Source: Pseudobdellovibrionaceae bacterium (GTDB lineage Bacteria; Bdellovibrionota_B; Oligoflexia; Oligoflexales; Bog-1112). From it: a DNA stretch of 62,541 nucleotides. Both the position numbers and the translations under genes were made by a program. The notes under the pieces were generated by a model. That model did no database searches and had not been told where the DNA came from. It was given only the letters and a program-made list of their open reading frames with translations. Within the stretch, counting starts at the first letter, position 1. Each line of letters begins with the position of its first letter. Shown here piece after piece: positions 18,914 to 28,441 of this stretch. The stretch covers positions 1 through 62,541 of the forward strand of contig PASJ01000004.1 in NCBI GenBank assembly GCA_002711925.1. Reading direction: 5' to 3'.

Positions 18914-19930
18914 ATGAAAAAAAATGACAATAAAAATAATTTTCAAAAAAAAGACGAAAACCCTAAAGGTTTTGGGAAAAAGTTAAGAGAAGTTTTAGGT
19001 ACAGATATTTTTTATCTCTTAAAATATCTTATTAAAACAGAGTGGAAATTTATAGTTTTTTTATTTTTATACTGCATAGCTATGAATCATTTTGAAAGTA
19101 TAAATTTTATTTCTGAGTACTTAAAAGTTCCAGTTTTTTCAATCGGTGCTCTAGGTGGAGGAATAGGTATTCTTCTTGGGTTTCGTTTTAAAACCTCTTA
19201 TGACAGGTGGTGGGAGGCAAGAAAACTATGGGGTGATCTTATCAATAATAGTCGGATTTGGGGAAGGCTTGTAATTGCAAGTCTCAAGCCTGCTCTTGAA
19301 AAAGCTGAAAGTAAAGAAAAAGAAGATCTTATTTCAGTTCAAGAAAGACTTTTAGAACTACAAAAATTTTTTATTGTGGAAACTGTTTGCTGGCTACAAC
19401 CTGCTGTCGCACAATCTAAAGAGGTTGTTGCTGGTATAAAACGATATCAGTTTTTTGGAAATGAGCAGCATAAGCCATACCTTCTTGTTATGCAACAAGA
19501 AAAGCTGATTGCAAAAGTAGTTTCGCGCAACTGGATTAATGGTTTTCAGTACCTAAAGCTAAGTAAGTCTCTTGACGAAAATATAAATAAACTTGGAGGT
19601 TGCGAAAGAATAAAAAACACACCGTTTTCTGGGCATTATAAAGATATTTTCAGGATTATGGTGAGGCTCTACAGTATTATGCTTCCCCTTTCTCTGCTTG
19701 AACTACACAGTTATTTAATGCCAATTATTATTACGATCAATTTTATGTTTTTTGAGCTTTTATTAATAGGAGCGGCAAGAACTGATGTGCCTTTCGGGCG
19801 TCGTAGTACAGATCATAATATGGAAAACTTTGCAAAAATAATCATAACAAATCTTGAAGAGGCTTTTGCTTACCAAACACCTCAAAAAATGCGAACAAAA
19901 CAAGAAGTCCAAAAAAAAACAGTTTCGTAA
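18914..19930 (+). CDS. bestrophin-family (UPF0187/YneE-like) ion channel
   Basis: 338 aa. Two TM pairs and the hallmark YDRWWEARKLWGDLINNSR motif. Confidence 0.75.
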   Translation: MKKNDNKNNFQKKDENPKGFGKKLREVLGTDIFYLLKYLIKTEWKFIVFLFLYCIAMNHFESINFISEYLKVPVFSIGALGGGIGILLGFRFKTSYDRWWEARKLWGDLINNSRIWGRLVIASLKPALEKAESKEKEDLISVQERLLELQKFFIVETVCWLQPAVAQSKEVVAGIKRYQFFGNEQHKPYLLVMQQEKLIAKVVSRNWINGFQYLKLSKSLDENINKLGGCERIKNTPFSGHYKDIFRIMVRLYSIMLPLSLLELHSYLMPIIITINFMFFELLLIGAARTDVPFGRRSTDHNMENFAKIIITNLEEAFAYQTPQKMRTKQEVQKKTVS

Positions 19931-20046
19931 AAATAGTGTAAAAAATAAGTCATTTAAATCTTTAAAAAATTAATATTTAATAAAATTTTTATTTTATTAA
20001 AGAAAATTTTTTACATTTTTGTTAAAGTTTTTTTTCTTTTTCTTTA

Positions 20047-21414
20047 TTATTTAAATTGTATGTTTTTTATTAAGTATTGTCCGCTTTGAGTCAGTGATTT
20101 TTTTGATTTTTGATACTCATTTTTGAGAAAATCATTCTTATTTTCTTTAAAAGCACTTATTTTTTCTTTCCATTTTTTAACGTATTCACTAAAACTCTCT
20201 TTAAAAATACTAGTACATGATGTACTTATTTTGTCTTTTTGATCTAGATTGGTGAGACTCGAAATTTTATTAAAATCTGATATACTTGGTTTATAGTTTG
20301 CAAAATCTGTGATTGGCATTGTTTTAGAAAGGCTCCAAGAGTAGGAAAGTGGTGGTGTCTCACAGTTAGTAAGACTTGTCAAGTTTGAGCCAGAATCGTG
20401 GCAGCCTTGTTGCAGTTTTAAGACCTCTTTCCAACATTCTTCGAGATCTGCATTGATATCTATGTCATTTTTTAAAGTGTCTTCTAATAGATATAGTAAT
20501 GAATTAATAATTTTAATTTCTTTTTTAGATACTTGACCTGTTGTTTGACTTCTCAAAGATAAAAGTCTTATTTTTTGATTTGGATGTAAAGAAGTTGCTA
20601 GTAAAACTTTTATTTGACTCTTCAAATTAACTTTTGGTTGTATAGGGTTTGTTGTTATAGGACTTGTCAGACTAAAGGTCTTTAATTTGCTTAGATCCTC
20701 TGGTGAGTTGTTCGGATCCTCTGGTGAGTTGTTCGGATCCTGTAGTAAGAGGTTTGGATCCTGTAGTAAGAGGTTTGGATCCTGTAGTAAGAGGTTTGGA
20801 TACTGCAGTAAGAAGTTTGGATCGATTGGGAATATGTCTGAGTTAGTGTCTTCAATAAAACTAGAAAAATAAGACGTTAAGATAATATCTACTAATACCG
20901 GAAACTCTATTAATATTGCAACACCTACCTGAAACTCTTTATTTGTATTTGATGAAACGGCTCCTGTTACTTTATTAAAAGCTTCTTTTGTTCCAAATAG
21001 AGATTTTTTTTTTATAAAACCCGATCTTTTCATGCTTAATGTTAAAAGTAAAGGCAAAGTAAATTTTACACCTATCTCGCCTGTTTCGTCGGTGTTTATA
21101 CTTTCATGTTCAAGATCTATTATATTTTGAAACGCTTTTTCTATATTATCGGGAAATGCATCTCTTGTCTCTTGTATCAAAAAGTTCTCACATATGCTTC
21201 CGACTATATTTATATTTAGACCAGTTTCATTATATAAAAAAGAATTTTCAGCTAAAGGGATAAATTGGTCAAAAATCTTAAGATCCCCTGGAAGTTGCTG
21301 AATTATTTCCGGAACCTTTTCATCTATAACTGAATCTATGTTTTCATCAATCAGACTAGCCTTCAGATTTATTTCTAAAAAGATGATAATAAATAATAAT
21401 ATTTTTTTTTTCAT
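20047..21414 (-). CDS. hypothetical secreted protein with heptapeptide tandem repeats
   Basis: 455 aa. Signal peptide MKKKILLFIIIFLEINLKA. Central PNFLLQY-(PNLLLQD)x3-(PNNSPED)x2 repeats. No family recognised. Confidence 0.7.
   Translation of the reverse strand: MKKKILLFIIIFLEINLKASLIDENIDSVIDEKVPEIIQQLPGDLKIFDQFIPLAENSFLYNETGLNINIVGSICENFLIQETRDAFPDNIEKAFQNIIDLEHESINTDETGEIGVKFTLPLLLTLSMKRSGFIKKKSLFGTKEAFNKVTGAVSSNTNKEFQVGVAILIEFPVLVDIILTSYFSSFIEDTNSDIFPIDPNFLLQYPNLLLQDPNLLLQDPNLLLQDPNNSPEDPNNSPEDLSKLKTFSLTSPITTNPIQPKVNLKSQIKVLLATSLHPNQKIRLLSLRSQTTGQVSKKEIKIINSLLYLLEDTLKNDIDINADLEECWKEVLKLQQGCHDSGSNLTSLTNCETPPLSYSWSLSKTMPITDFANYKPSISDFNKISSLTNLDQKDKISTSCTSIFKESFSEYVKKWKEKISAFKENKNDFLKNEYQKSKKSLTQSGQYLIKNIQFK
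20695..20820. repeat. 6 x 21-bp in-frame tandem repeat (two unit types)
   Basis: ATCCTCTGGTGAGTTGTTCGG x2, ATCCTGTAGTAAGAGGTTTGG x3 (identical copies), ATACTGCAGTAAGAAGTTTGG x1. Read directly. It encodes the heptapeptide repeats of the 455-aa protein. Confidence 0.95.
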
Positions 21415-21696
21415 TTTTTTTTCTTTATAAATTTAAAAAATTAACTTTTATACAAGAAAGATAATATCTCATATCGATTTTTTTTACCATATTTTTTAGT
21501 TGTTTTCTGTGATGTAAATTCCTTGTGATTTTTTTTAAATTTAATAACTTTACTTCAAAATTAATATCTAAAAGTAATTTTTTATTAAAAAACACAAAAG
21601 AGAATCTTGAAAAAAAAATAAGCTATAGTACACTATAAAAGTACTCATATATAAATATTTTTAACTTGATAACTTTTTACACCAAGGAGAAAAGTC

Positions 21697-23235
21697 ATCA
21701 AATTCATTAGTTATTTAACTTTTTTTTTGGTTTTTTTTAACTCTTGTCGTTTTTCTGAAGATAAAATCCAAAGGGATAGTACTGCAGGGGATGAAGATTT
21801 TTGTTTTGAAAAAAACTTGGGGCAGCAAGAGCTTGTAAATCCAAATACTTTATCAAGACCTACAAGTATTAATATTCATTCTTTCAATTTAACTGAAGAA
21901 ATGGGCAGGGATATTTTTCTAGAATCTGAGGTGAATGATAACAGTGTATGTCCAATTCTCTTCTATGAAATACACTGTGACAAAGAACAAGATAAAACTT
22001 GCCACTTTGGTTTTGCGGTTCCTGGTATTAAGAAGAAAATATATTATCCAACTTTTTCAAAACCACTTTCGGCTTCGGCAAGCTGCTGTGTTTCAGAAAT
22101 GATGGTAAATCAAAAAATAGCTTCATCAAAGAATTTTTCACTTTCGTATCAGGGTATTAATTATTGGTGTGGCCCCAAAGCATCTCAAATTCAAAGTCCT
22201 GTTTTTATTGAGGAAGACGATTTTTTTCCCATTGACGATACCAGTCTATCTTCCTCAAGCGGACTTGAGGACTCTAGAGATAAATCAATGTGTAGTCATT
22301 ATATGATTAAGTGGATAAATAATAAAATAAGAATCGAAGAGAATCTTTTTAAGATTTGTCACTTATTGAAAAGTAATAGTAATATTTTAGAACAAACACA
22401 CCTATATAAAGATATGATCAACACTGATTGTCATAAATTTTCAATTCTAGCAGCAGAAAGTATTACAGCTGAAGAAATTGGAACGATAACACAAGAGTCA
22501 GATTTGTCTTCCTTTGGTTTAACCGAGGAAGAAGATAAAATCTGTTTAAGTGATTTTGAAGATGGATCTTTTGGTTTAACAGAGGATCAAGAAGTAAATC
22601 AAAATTCAGACAGTTATCAGACAAACAATAATGGATCTCTCAATAAATGTATTGATTCGGTAGAGTCGGTAGAGGAAATATGTATAACTGATGATCAAGA
22701 TCTTTCTTGTAATGATATTTTTTCAAATATGGCTACCGTTCAATCCCAAAAGTCTAAACAGAAATACGTAGACAGATATATTAAATCAAAAACAGATAAG
22801 ATAACTTATCTTGCGTCACTGACAAGTATTCTTATGGCAACGGCTGCTGGACTTGGCATAATTGTAAGAAAATTTTCTCCAAAAGAAAATACTGGTAAAA
22901 CAATACCTGAAAAACCGAAGACTATTCCTAAAACTACAAAGGTAGACCCTATAAAAACCCCTGTCTACTCGAAGGTTCCGACAAATCGTCAAATAACTTC
23001 TATGGGGTTAAATGCAATGCTTGTCGGGGCAACTATATTTAGTGTTTATAATATTATAAATACCCATACTCGAGGGCTTACTCAAGAAGAAGATGAAAGC
23101 TTTTCATTTCAAGACACATGGAATGATTATAAATTGTCAGACCTTGAACAAGAGCTAAATATGGCTCTTGATGAGAGGTCAGCTCTTATGGAAAGAGGAC
23201 CTTTGATTTGTGGTTTTCAAGAAAATACTTATTGA
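21697..23235 (+). CDS. hypothetical exported/lipoprotein-like membrane protein
   Basis: The ORF track starts at TTG 21727 (MVFFNSC...). The frame is open from 21673, and AAGGAG (21684..21689) lies 7 nt before ATC 21697, which gives (M)KFISYLTFFLVFFNSC, a full signal peptide. Two predicted C-terminal TM helices. Acidic GLT(E/Q)EED motif x3. Confidence 0.65.
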   Translation: MKFISYLTFFLVFFNSCRFSEDKIQRDSTAGDEDFCFEKNLGQQELVNPNTLSRPTSINIHSFNLTEEMGRDIFLESEVNDNSVCPILFYEIHCDKEQDKTCHFGFAVPGIKKKIYYPTFSKPLSASASCCVSEMMVNQKIASSKNFSLSYQGINYWCGPKASQIQSPVFIEEDDFFPIDDTSLSSSSGLEDSRDKSMCSHYMIKWINNKIRIEENLFKICHLLKSNSNILEQTHLYKDMINTDCHKFSILAAESITAEEIGTITQESDLSSFGLTEEEDKICLSDFEDGSFGLTEDQEVNQNSDSYQTNNNGSLNKCIDSVESVEEICITDDQDLSCNDIFSNMATVQSQKSKQKYVDRYIKSKTDKITYLASLTSILMATAAGLGIIVRKFSPKENTGKTIPEKPKTIPKTTKVDPIKTPVYSKVPTNRQITSMGLNAMLVGATIFSVYNIINTHTRGLTQEEDESFSFQDTWNDYKLSDLEQELNMALDERSALMERGPLICGFQENTY

Positions 23236-24491
23236 GGTCCTTGTAGTGCGTTTTGAAAGTCCTCAGGTACAGGGTTGTCTTGATCAACTCCTTGGTCTTC
23301 AAAAGCTTGATTGACAGTTCTAACTCGAGAATCAAGACCAGCCATTTTGCTGAGCATTGTAGTCATTTCATCTCTTATCAAGGCAATTTCTCCACCGTCT
23401 GGAGGGTTTTGGCCCATTTCGTCATAGTTATTATCTGTATCAACAAGAATCCTATCTAGCTCTTGCATGATTTCATAAACTCCATACATTTTCTCATATC
23501 TTTTTGCTCTTTTTTGAGCTTTCTTTGTAACACCTGGAATTTCATCTAAAGAATTTGCACCACCTGTGCACGTGTTCATTATAGGTAAAAGATCAAGTGC
23601 TGGAATAGCATGCATCATAAAAAACATACCACCCATTTGTCCTGCCATAACAGCGTAAACTGGACCGGACGTTACTCCAACCGTAACAAACAATAGCGCA
23701 AAAGCAGCAAAATGAGCTGTTCCAGCATAAAAAGATTTTAAAGCTGATTCTGTTGCAATTTGATCTTCGCAGGCTTTCAGCTTTATATTGAGAAGAGTTG
23801 CTAAAACGGCAGCATCATTTGTTTTTTCATACAGTTTCTGCTCCACTTTTGAAAGTTCAATGGCTTGGTCTCTCAGTTGTTGTCGAATTGCTTCTTGGTA
23901 TTCAATTGTTTCACTTTTAGAGATATTATAACTACAATCATCTTGACCTGTTGTACTATTGATTTTCTCTATACAAGGATTTATGATGTAGTAAAAGCGT
24001 CCCGTAGGACAAGACATATCTTGAGCTGATTCTGAACTTATTTTATTATTTATGATTTTACAGTACAAGTAGTCATTTAATGCTGTTGTCCAAGATTCTT
24101 TCTTGCTTCTTAAAGATCCTTTTGAGTCATCCAATTCAAAAACATCTTGTCCCATATTGTCAACAAAATTATAGCTTGCAGCGCAACGTAAAATTTCAAC
24201 GTAATCGCTATCTTCTAAATCTATATCTATTTTTGGTACATTCACGTTTCTAACAACGTGAGATTCTTCAGTTGATATCTTTGTTATTTTTGCTGTAGCA
24301 CGACTTGGGTTTTGTAATCTTGATTCATCATCGGTATTTGAGTCTAAGGAAGAATCTTGATTTTTATCATGTGTTACAAGAGAGGTATTTCTCGGCGTAG
24401 AAAGATCTGGTTGATTTTTACTTTCGGTACAGTTTTGAGTCGACATCATCCAAAGAAAAGTTGTTCCAATACAGATCAAATTTTTTTTCAT
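23229..24491 (-). CDS. hypothetical lipoprotein-like protein, paralogue A
   Basis: 420 aa. Signal MKKNLICIGTTFLWMMSTQNC. Shares DSDYVEILRC, CPTGRFYYIINPC, a helical stretch and hydrophobic segments with the upstream 440-aa ORF. Confidence 0.7.
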   Translation of the reverse strand: MKKNLICIGTTFLWMMSTQNCTESKNQPDLSTPRNTSLVTHDKNQDSSLDSNTDDESRLQNPSRATAKITKISTEESHVVRNVNVPKIDIDLEDSDYVEILRCAASYNFVDNMGQDVFELDDSKGSLRSKKESWTTALNDYLYCKIINNKISSESAQDMSCPTGRFYYIINPCIEKINSTTGQDDCSYNISKSETIEYQEAIRQQLRDQAIELSKVEQKLYEKTNDAAVLATLLNIKLKACEDQIATESALKSFYAGTAHFAAFALLFVTVGVTSGPVYAVMAGQMGGMFFMMHAIPALDLLPIMNTCTGGANSLDEIPGVTKKAQKRAKRYEKMYGVYEIMQELDRILVDTDNNYDEMGQNPPDGGEIALIRDEMTTMLSKMAGLDSRVRTVNQAFEDQGVDQDNPVPEDFQNALQGPQ

Positions 24492-24506
24492 AATTTCATA
24501 CCTTAT

Positions 24507-25829
24507 TTAGTCTGGACTATTACTATCATCTATGTCGGGGTCCATATAAAACTGTAAATTTTCTGGGTTTAGAAACTGTTCGTCTGCAGAATCAAGCATG
24601 TCATTTTCAATTAAAAGTGCTCTTTCTTTGTAGTAGTTATACCAAATACCGGTGGTTAATATATTCTCTAAGCTCAGACTTAATTTTTCTCTTAACTCCA
24701 TCGATCTTTCACATGTTCTTGGCATATCTTCCGAGCCTGTCATAATGGTTTGGAACATCATTGCAAAACTAAATCCTGCAAAAGCTTGAATCATTTGCAG
24801 TTTATCCATCCATTCTCCTCTTTTTGTATAGTGTGCCCACGTTGATGTTCCTGGTGCTTTTTGTACAGTTTTTATTTCTAAAGCAATTTCAACAACTGAT
24901 GCCACAATTTGTATTACGGCGTCTTTAAAAGCTTTATCAACAGCTCTTTGGTGTTCTCTTTTTTCGCAGTCTCTGATAGCTTCTATAAGATCATTGCCAA
25001 TATTTGATGCTTCTAAGGCTTTTTGATCAAGCATTGACGAATAGACACTTGTTTCTTTTAATGATTCTTTTACCTTATCTTTTCTTTTGTTTTCATAGCT
25101 AACTTCTGACGAAACGCTAAAACGTTTACTACAGTTTCTTGTTGTGTACCCTTCCTCTTTTATTAACCGATTTTCTAACACGCAAGCTGTAATCAAATAA
25201 CGATATGTTCCACTTGGACACCAAAGGTCTCTAACTTTTTTATCAATAGATCTTTCATTGATTAACTCACAACCTATAGTGTCTTTTGCGTTATTAAAGA
25301 TATTGGAAGATCGATAAAGACGATCTTTTTCAGACTGAGGAAGACCACTAATACCAATATCTGCAAAATTTAAATATGATATTCCTGCATCAATTTTAAG
25401 ATCATGCTTACAACGTAAAATTTCAACAAAGTCTGCGTCTCGCGGGCGATCAAATGATAGGGTAATTGTTTCATGCTCTATAAACTGCTGTTTGCCCACA
25501 GCGAAATTCGTAATTTCAAACCTTTTATCATCTATCATCGAACGGGAAACATTTCTTGGACGCCAGGAGTTAATAAATAGTTCATCTGTTGGGTTAGGGA
25601 TGTAAGGAAAATCATAGGAGTCACTGTTTTCAACGCTAGAATCATCAACTGATGTCTTGTTATCAAAAGCAATATTCGAAGAGACATCTCGGCTAAGTGT
25701 TGATGGTGTTGTTGTTTGATTTTGTTCACAAAACAAACATAAAGTAAAGCTTATAAAAATAATAAAAAAGTACTTTTTCAATTTACTTCCTTGTTGGTAT
25801 AAAGATGATGATAAAGTGAATTTATTCAC
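24507..25829 (-). CDS. hypothetical exported protein, paralogue B
   Basis: 440 aa, GTG start. Hydrophobic N-terminus FFIIFISFTLCLFC. Motifs DADFVEILRC and CPSGTYRYLITAC. Its stop lies 15 nt before the start of paralogue A. Confidence 0.7.
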   Translation of the reverse strand: MNKFTLSSSLYQQGSKLKKYFFIIFISFTLCLFCEQNQTTTPSTLSRDVSSNIAFDNKTSVDDSSVENSDSYDFPYIPNPTDELFINSWRPRNVSRSMIDDKRFEITNFAVGKQQFIEHETITLSFDRPRDADFVEILRCKHDLKIDAGISYLNFADIGISGLPQSEKDRLYRSSNIFNNAKDTIGCELINERSIDKKVRDLWCPSGTYRYLITACVLENRLIKEEGYTTRNCSKRFSVSSEVSYENKRKDKVKESLKETSVYSSMLDQKALEASNIGNDLIEAIRDCEKREHQRAVDKAFKDAVIQIVASVVEIALEIKTVQKAPGTSTWAHYTKRGEWMDKLQMIQAFAGFSFAMMFQTIMTGSEDMPRTCERSMELREKLSLSLENILTTGIWYNYYKERALLIENDMLDSADEQFLNPENLQFYMDPDIDDSNSPD

Positions 25830-26094
25830 AAAATACTTATTATTTATCGTCTGAAATTAGATAGACTTTATTCTGTTTGAATATTTTCCTGGTATATATT
25901 TTACCTTTGAGTATTTGGTGACATTTTACGATATTTACTTAGAATTTTTAAAAAAATAATTAAGAGAAAGTTTTTTGTTTTAAAAACTTAGGGATACAAT
26001 TGATATGGTGAAACTTTTTATATAATTTGAAAAATACACTTTTTTCTGTGTGATTTTGTTTAAAAAGTACTAAATTGATTTGTGAAGACATAAG

Positions 26095-27444
26095 GTGTCA
26101 AGTTCCATGAATTTATCAGAGTTTGATAGCGTACCACTAAGATCAGAGGTGAGTGATATTATGGATAGTGCAGAGATTAAGGTTTTTAATAAGTCTCATA
26201 GTTTTCCTGTCGTTATGGGCTCGGAAGAAGAGCTTGCTATTGATATTGGTTCACTGAGAAGCCAGTCGGGGGGCGTTATTACAATAGACCCTGCATATGT
26301 TAATACTGCTTCATGTCAATCGAAAATTACTTACCTTGATGGTGAAAAAGGTATTCTTAGGTATCGAGGATATCCCATTGAACAGTTAGCTGAAAAATCA
26401 AATTTTCTTGAGGTTTCTTATCTTCTTTTGAATGAAGATCTTCCAACAGCTTCAGAGCTGGAAAATTTAGTTTCACAAGTATCCACTTCTCATAATCTTG
26501 ATCCTTTCCTTAATAATATAATAAAAAGTTATCCTAATCATGCACACCCAATGTGTATTTTATCCTCGTTGATGGTTTCTTTAGCTGTAAATGAAACAGG
26601 AGGTCATGAACTTCAAAGTTCAAAGGAAGCTTCTGCAGTTTTAGCTAAAGTTATGGCTCAAACAGCTATTTTATCTGCCAATATTTCGAGACATGGGAGT
26701 GGGCTTGGTTTCATAAAAGCTGAGCAAGGTTTGTCATATAGTGAAAACTTTCTTAACATGATGTTTGATAATAAAGGGCATAAAAATTTTTCTACCATGG
26801 CAAGTGCGCTTGACTGTATTTTTCTGCTACATGCTGATCACGAACAAAATTGTTCCACTTCTGCTGTGCGTTTAGTTGGATCTTCTCAAGTATCTTTATA
26901 TGCCGCTTTAGCTTCAGGAGTAAACGCTTTATGGGGACCTCTTCATGGAGGAGCAAATCAAGCTGTGGTTGAAATGTTAGAGAGTATTGAAAGAGATGGT
27001 CTTAGTTTTGAACAGGTTCTAGATAAAGCAAAAGATAAGAGCGATCCTTTTAAGTTGATGGGTTTCGGACATCGCGTTTACAAGAACTTTGACCCAAGAT
27101 CAAAAGTTATTAAATCTGTGTGTGATAGACTTTTAGGGGATTTAGGCGTTGATGATCCTTTACTTGAAATTGCAAAGAACTTGGAAAATGCAGCTTTGGA
27201 AGATGATTACTTTGTCTCTAGAAAACTTTATCCAAATGTTGATTTTTACTCAGGTATTATTTTGAGAACGCTAGGCATACCAACAAATATGTTTACTGTA
27301 ATTTTTGCATTAGGAAGATTGCCTGGTTGGTTTTCCCAATGGTTTGAAATGCATAGTTCCCCTGAAACAAAGATTGCTAGGCCGAGACAAATCTATAATG
27401 GACATACAAATCGTCAATATATTGATATATCACAAAGAGTATAA
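26095..27444 (+). CDS. gltA: citrate synthase
   Basis: 449 aa from GTG. Alternative starts are ATG 26107 or ATG 26161 (GAGGTG 9 nt upstream). Motifs GILRYRGYPIEQLA, LHADHEQN and GFGHRVYKNFDPR. Confidence 0.93.
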   Translation: MSSSMNLSEFDSVPLRSEVSDIMDSAEIKVFNKSHSFPVVMGSEEELAIDIGSLRSQSGGVITIDPAYVNTASCQSKITYLDGEKGILRYRGYPIEQLAEKSNFLEVSYLLLNEDLPTASELENLVSQVSTSHNLDPFLNNIIKSYPNHAHPMCILSSLMVSLAVNETGGHELQSSKEASAVLAKVMAQTAILSANISRHGSGLGFIKAEQGLSYSENFLNMMFDNKGHKNFSTMASALDCIFLLHADHEQNCSTSAVRLVGSSQVSLYAALASGVNALWGPLHGGANQAVVEMLESIERDGLSFEQVLDKAKDKSDPFKLMGFGHRVYKNFDPRSKVIKSVCDRLLGDLGVDDPLLEIAKNLENAALEDDYFVSRKLYPNVDFYSGIILRTLGIPTNMFTVIFALGRLPGWFSQWFEMHSSPETKIARPRQIYNGHTNRQYIDISQRV

Positions 27445-27715
27445 GTCTTTCTTATTTTTCAAAACCGTAGTCTTTTTTTAGTTTTAATTCTTATTGTTTT
27501 TGCGGTTAAATTTTTCCTAGATCTTCCTTTCCTGCGCGAAAAAAAAATAATTTAAGTGTTTAAAAAATTTTTTTGTTTTTTTTCAAAGAAAAATAATTTA
27601 AAAGCTTATGGTTAATTTAGAGAAATATTTTATCTTATTTATTTTAAGTTAAAATATATTAAATTTTTATTTAAACAATAAATTTTGTACTGATTTGGCA
27701 GTAAAGTGAGATAAA

Positions 27716-28441
27716 ATGACTTGCAGTGTTATGTATGGAGTTATCGGTGATGGAAGACTTGCAAAACATTTAATTCATTATTTTTCTTTAAAAAAAATAC
27801 CCTTTAAAACTTGGTCAAGAAAAAAAGATAAGCTAGACCTTAAAGAAAGGTTGTCTTCCTGTGACATTTTACTTTTTGCTGTAAAAGACAATGTAATCGA
27901 AGAGCTTATAAAACGACAAAATTTTTCAGCTAAGGTTTGTGTTCATTTTTCAGGAAGTTTGACAACACAATGTGCTCAGGGTTTTCATCCTCTTGCTTCA
28001 TTCGGGGATAAATTATTTGATCTAAATTTTTATGAGCGTATAGCTTTTGTCGTTGAAAAAGGGCAGTATTCCTTTTCACAAATTTTTCCTAGTTTAAAGA
28101 ACCCGAATTTTTCTATCTCTAGTTCAGAAAAATCTTTTTATCATAGTATGTGTGTTTTAAGTGGTAACTTTACAGCAATTTTATGGCATAAGGTTTTTAC
28201 TGAGATGAAAGATAAATTAGGTTTACCTGGACAAGTTCTTGTCCCATATATGGAATCAGTTTTTAGCCAAATAAAGAGCGATCATAAGAGGGCATTGACC
28301 GGACCTTTAATTAGAAAAGATAGACAAACGGTAGCAAATAATATTTTGGCTTTAAAGGGGGACCCTTTTGAGGTAGTTTATCGAAGTTTTGTTGAAGCAT
28401 ATGAAAAGTCAAAGGAGTTATATGATCATGAATGTACATGA
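27716..28441 (+). CDS. Rossmann-like + DUF2520-type protein, putative PanG-like ketopantoate reductase
   Basis: 241 aa. N-terminal VIGDGRLAKHL (degenerate dinucleotide fold). C-terminal YHSMCVLSGNF and ALTGPLIRKDRQTV match my memory of the DUF2520 pattern. It overlaps panB by 14 nt, so it is probably co-translated with panBC. Confidence 0.55.
   Translation: MTCSVMYGVIGDGRLAKHLIHYFSLKKIPFKTWSRKKDKLDLKERLSSCDILLFAVKDNVIEELIKRQNFSAKVCVHFSGSLTTQCAQGFHPLASFGDKLFDLNFYERIAFVVEKGQYSFSQIFPSLKNPNFSISSSEKSFYHSMCVLSGNFTAILWHKVFTEMKDKLGLPGQVLVPYMESVFSQIKSDHKRALTGPLIRKDRQTVANNILALKGDPFEVVYRSFVEAYEKSKELYDHECT

Noticed and set aside
20695-20820. The tandem 21-bp repeats considered as a possible CRISPR array.
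   Set aside because: The units are contiguous with no spacers, are only 21 bp long, lie in frame inside a long ORF, and no cas genes are present.
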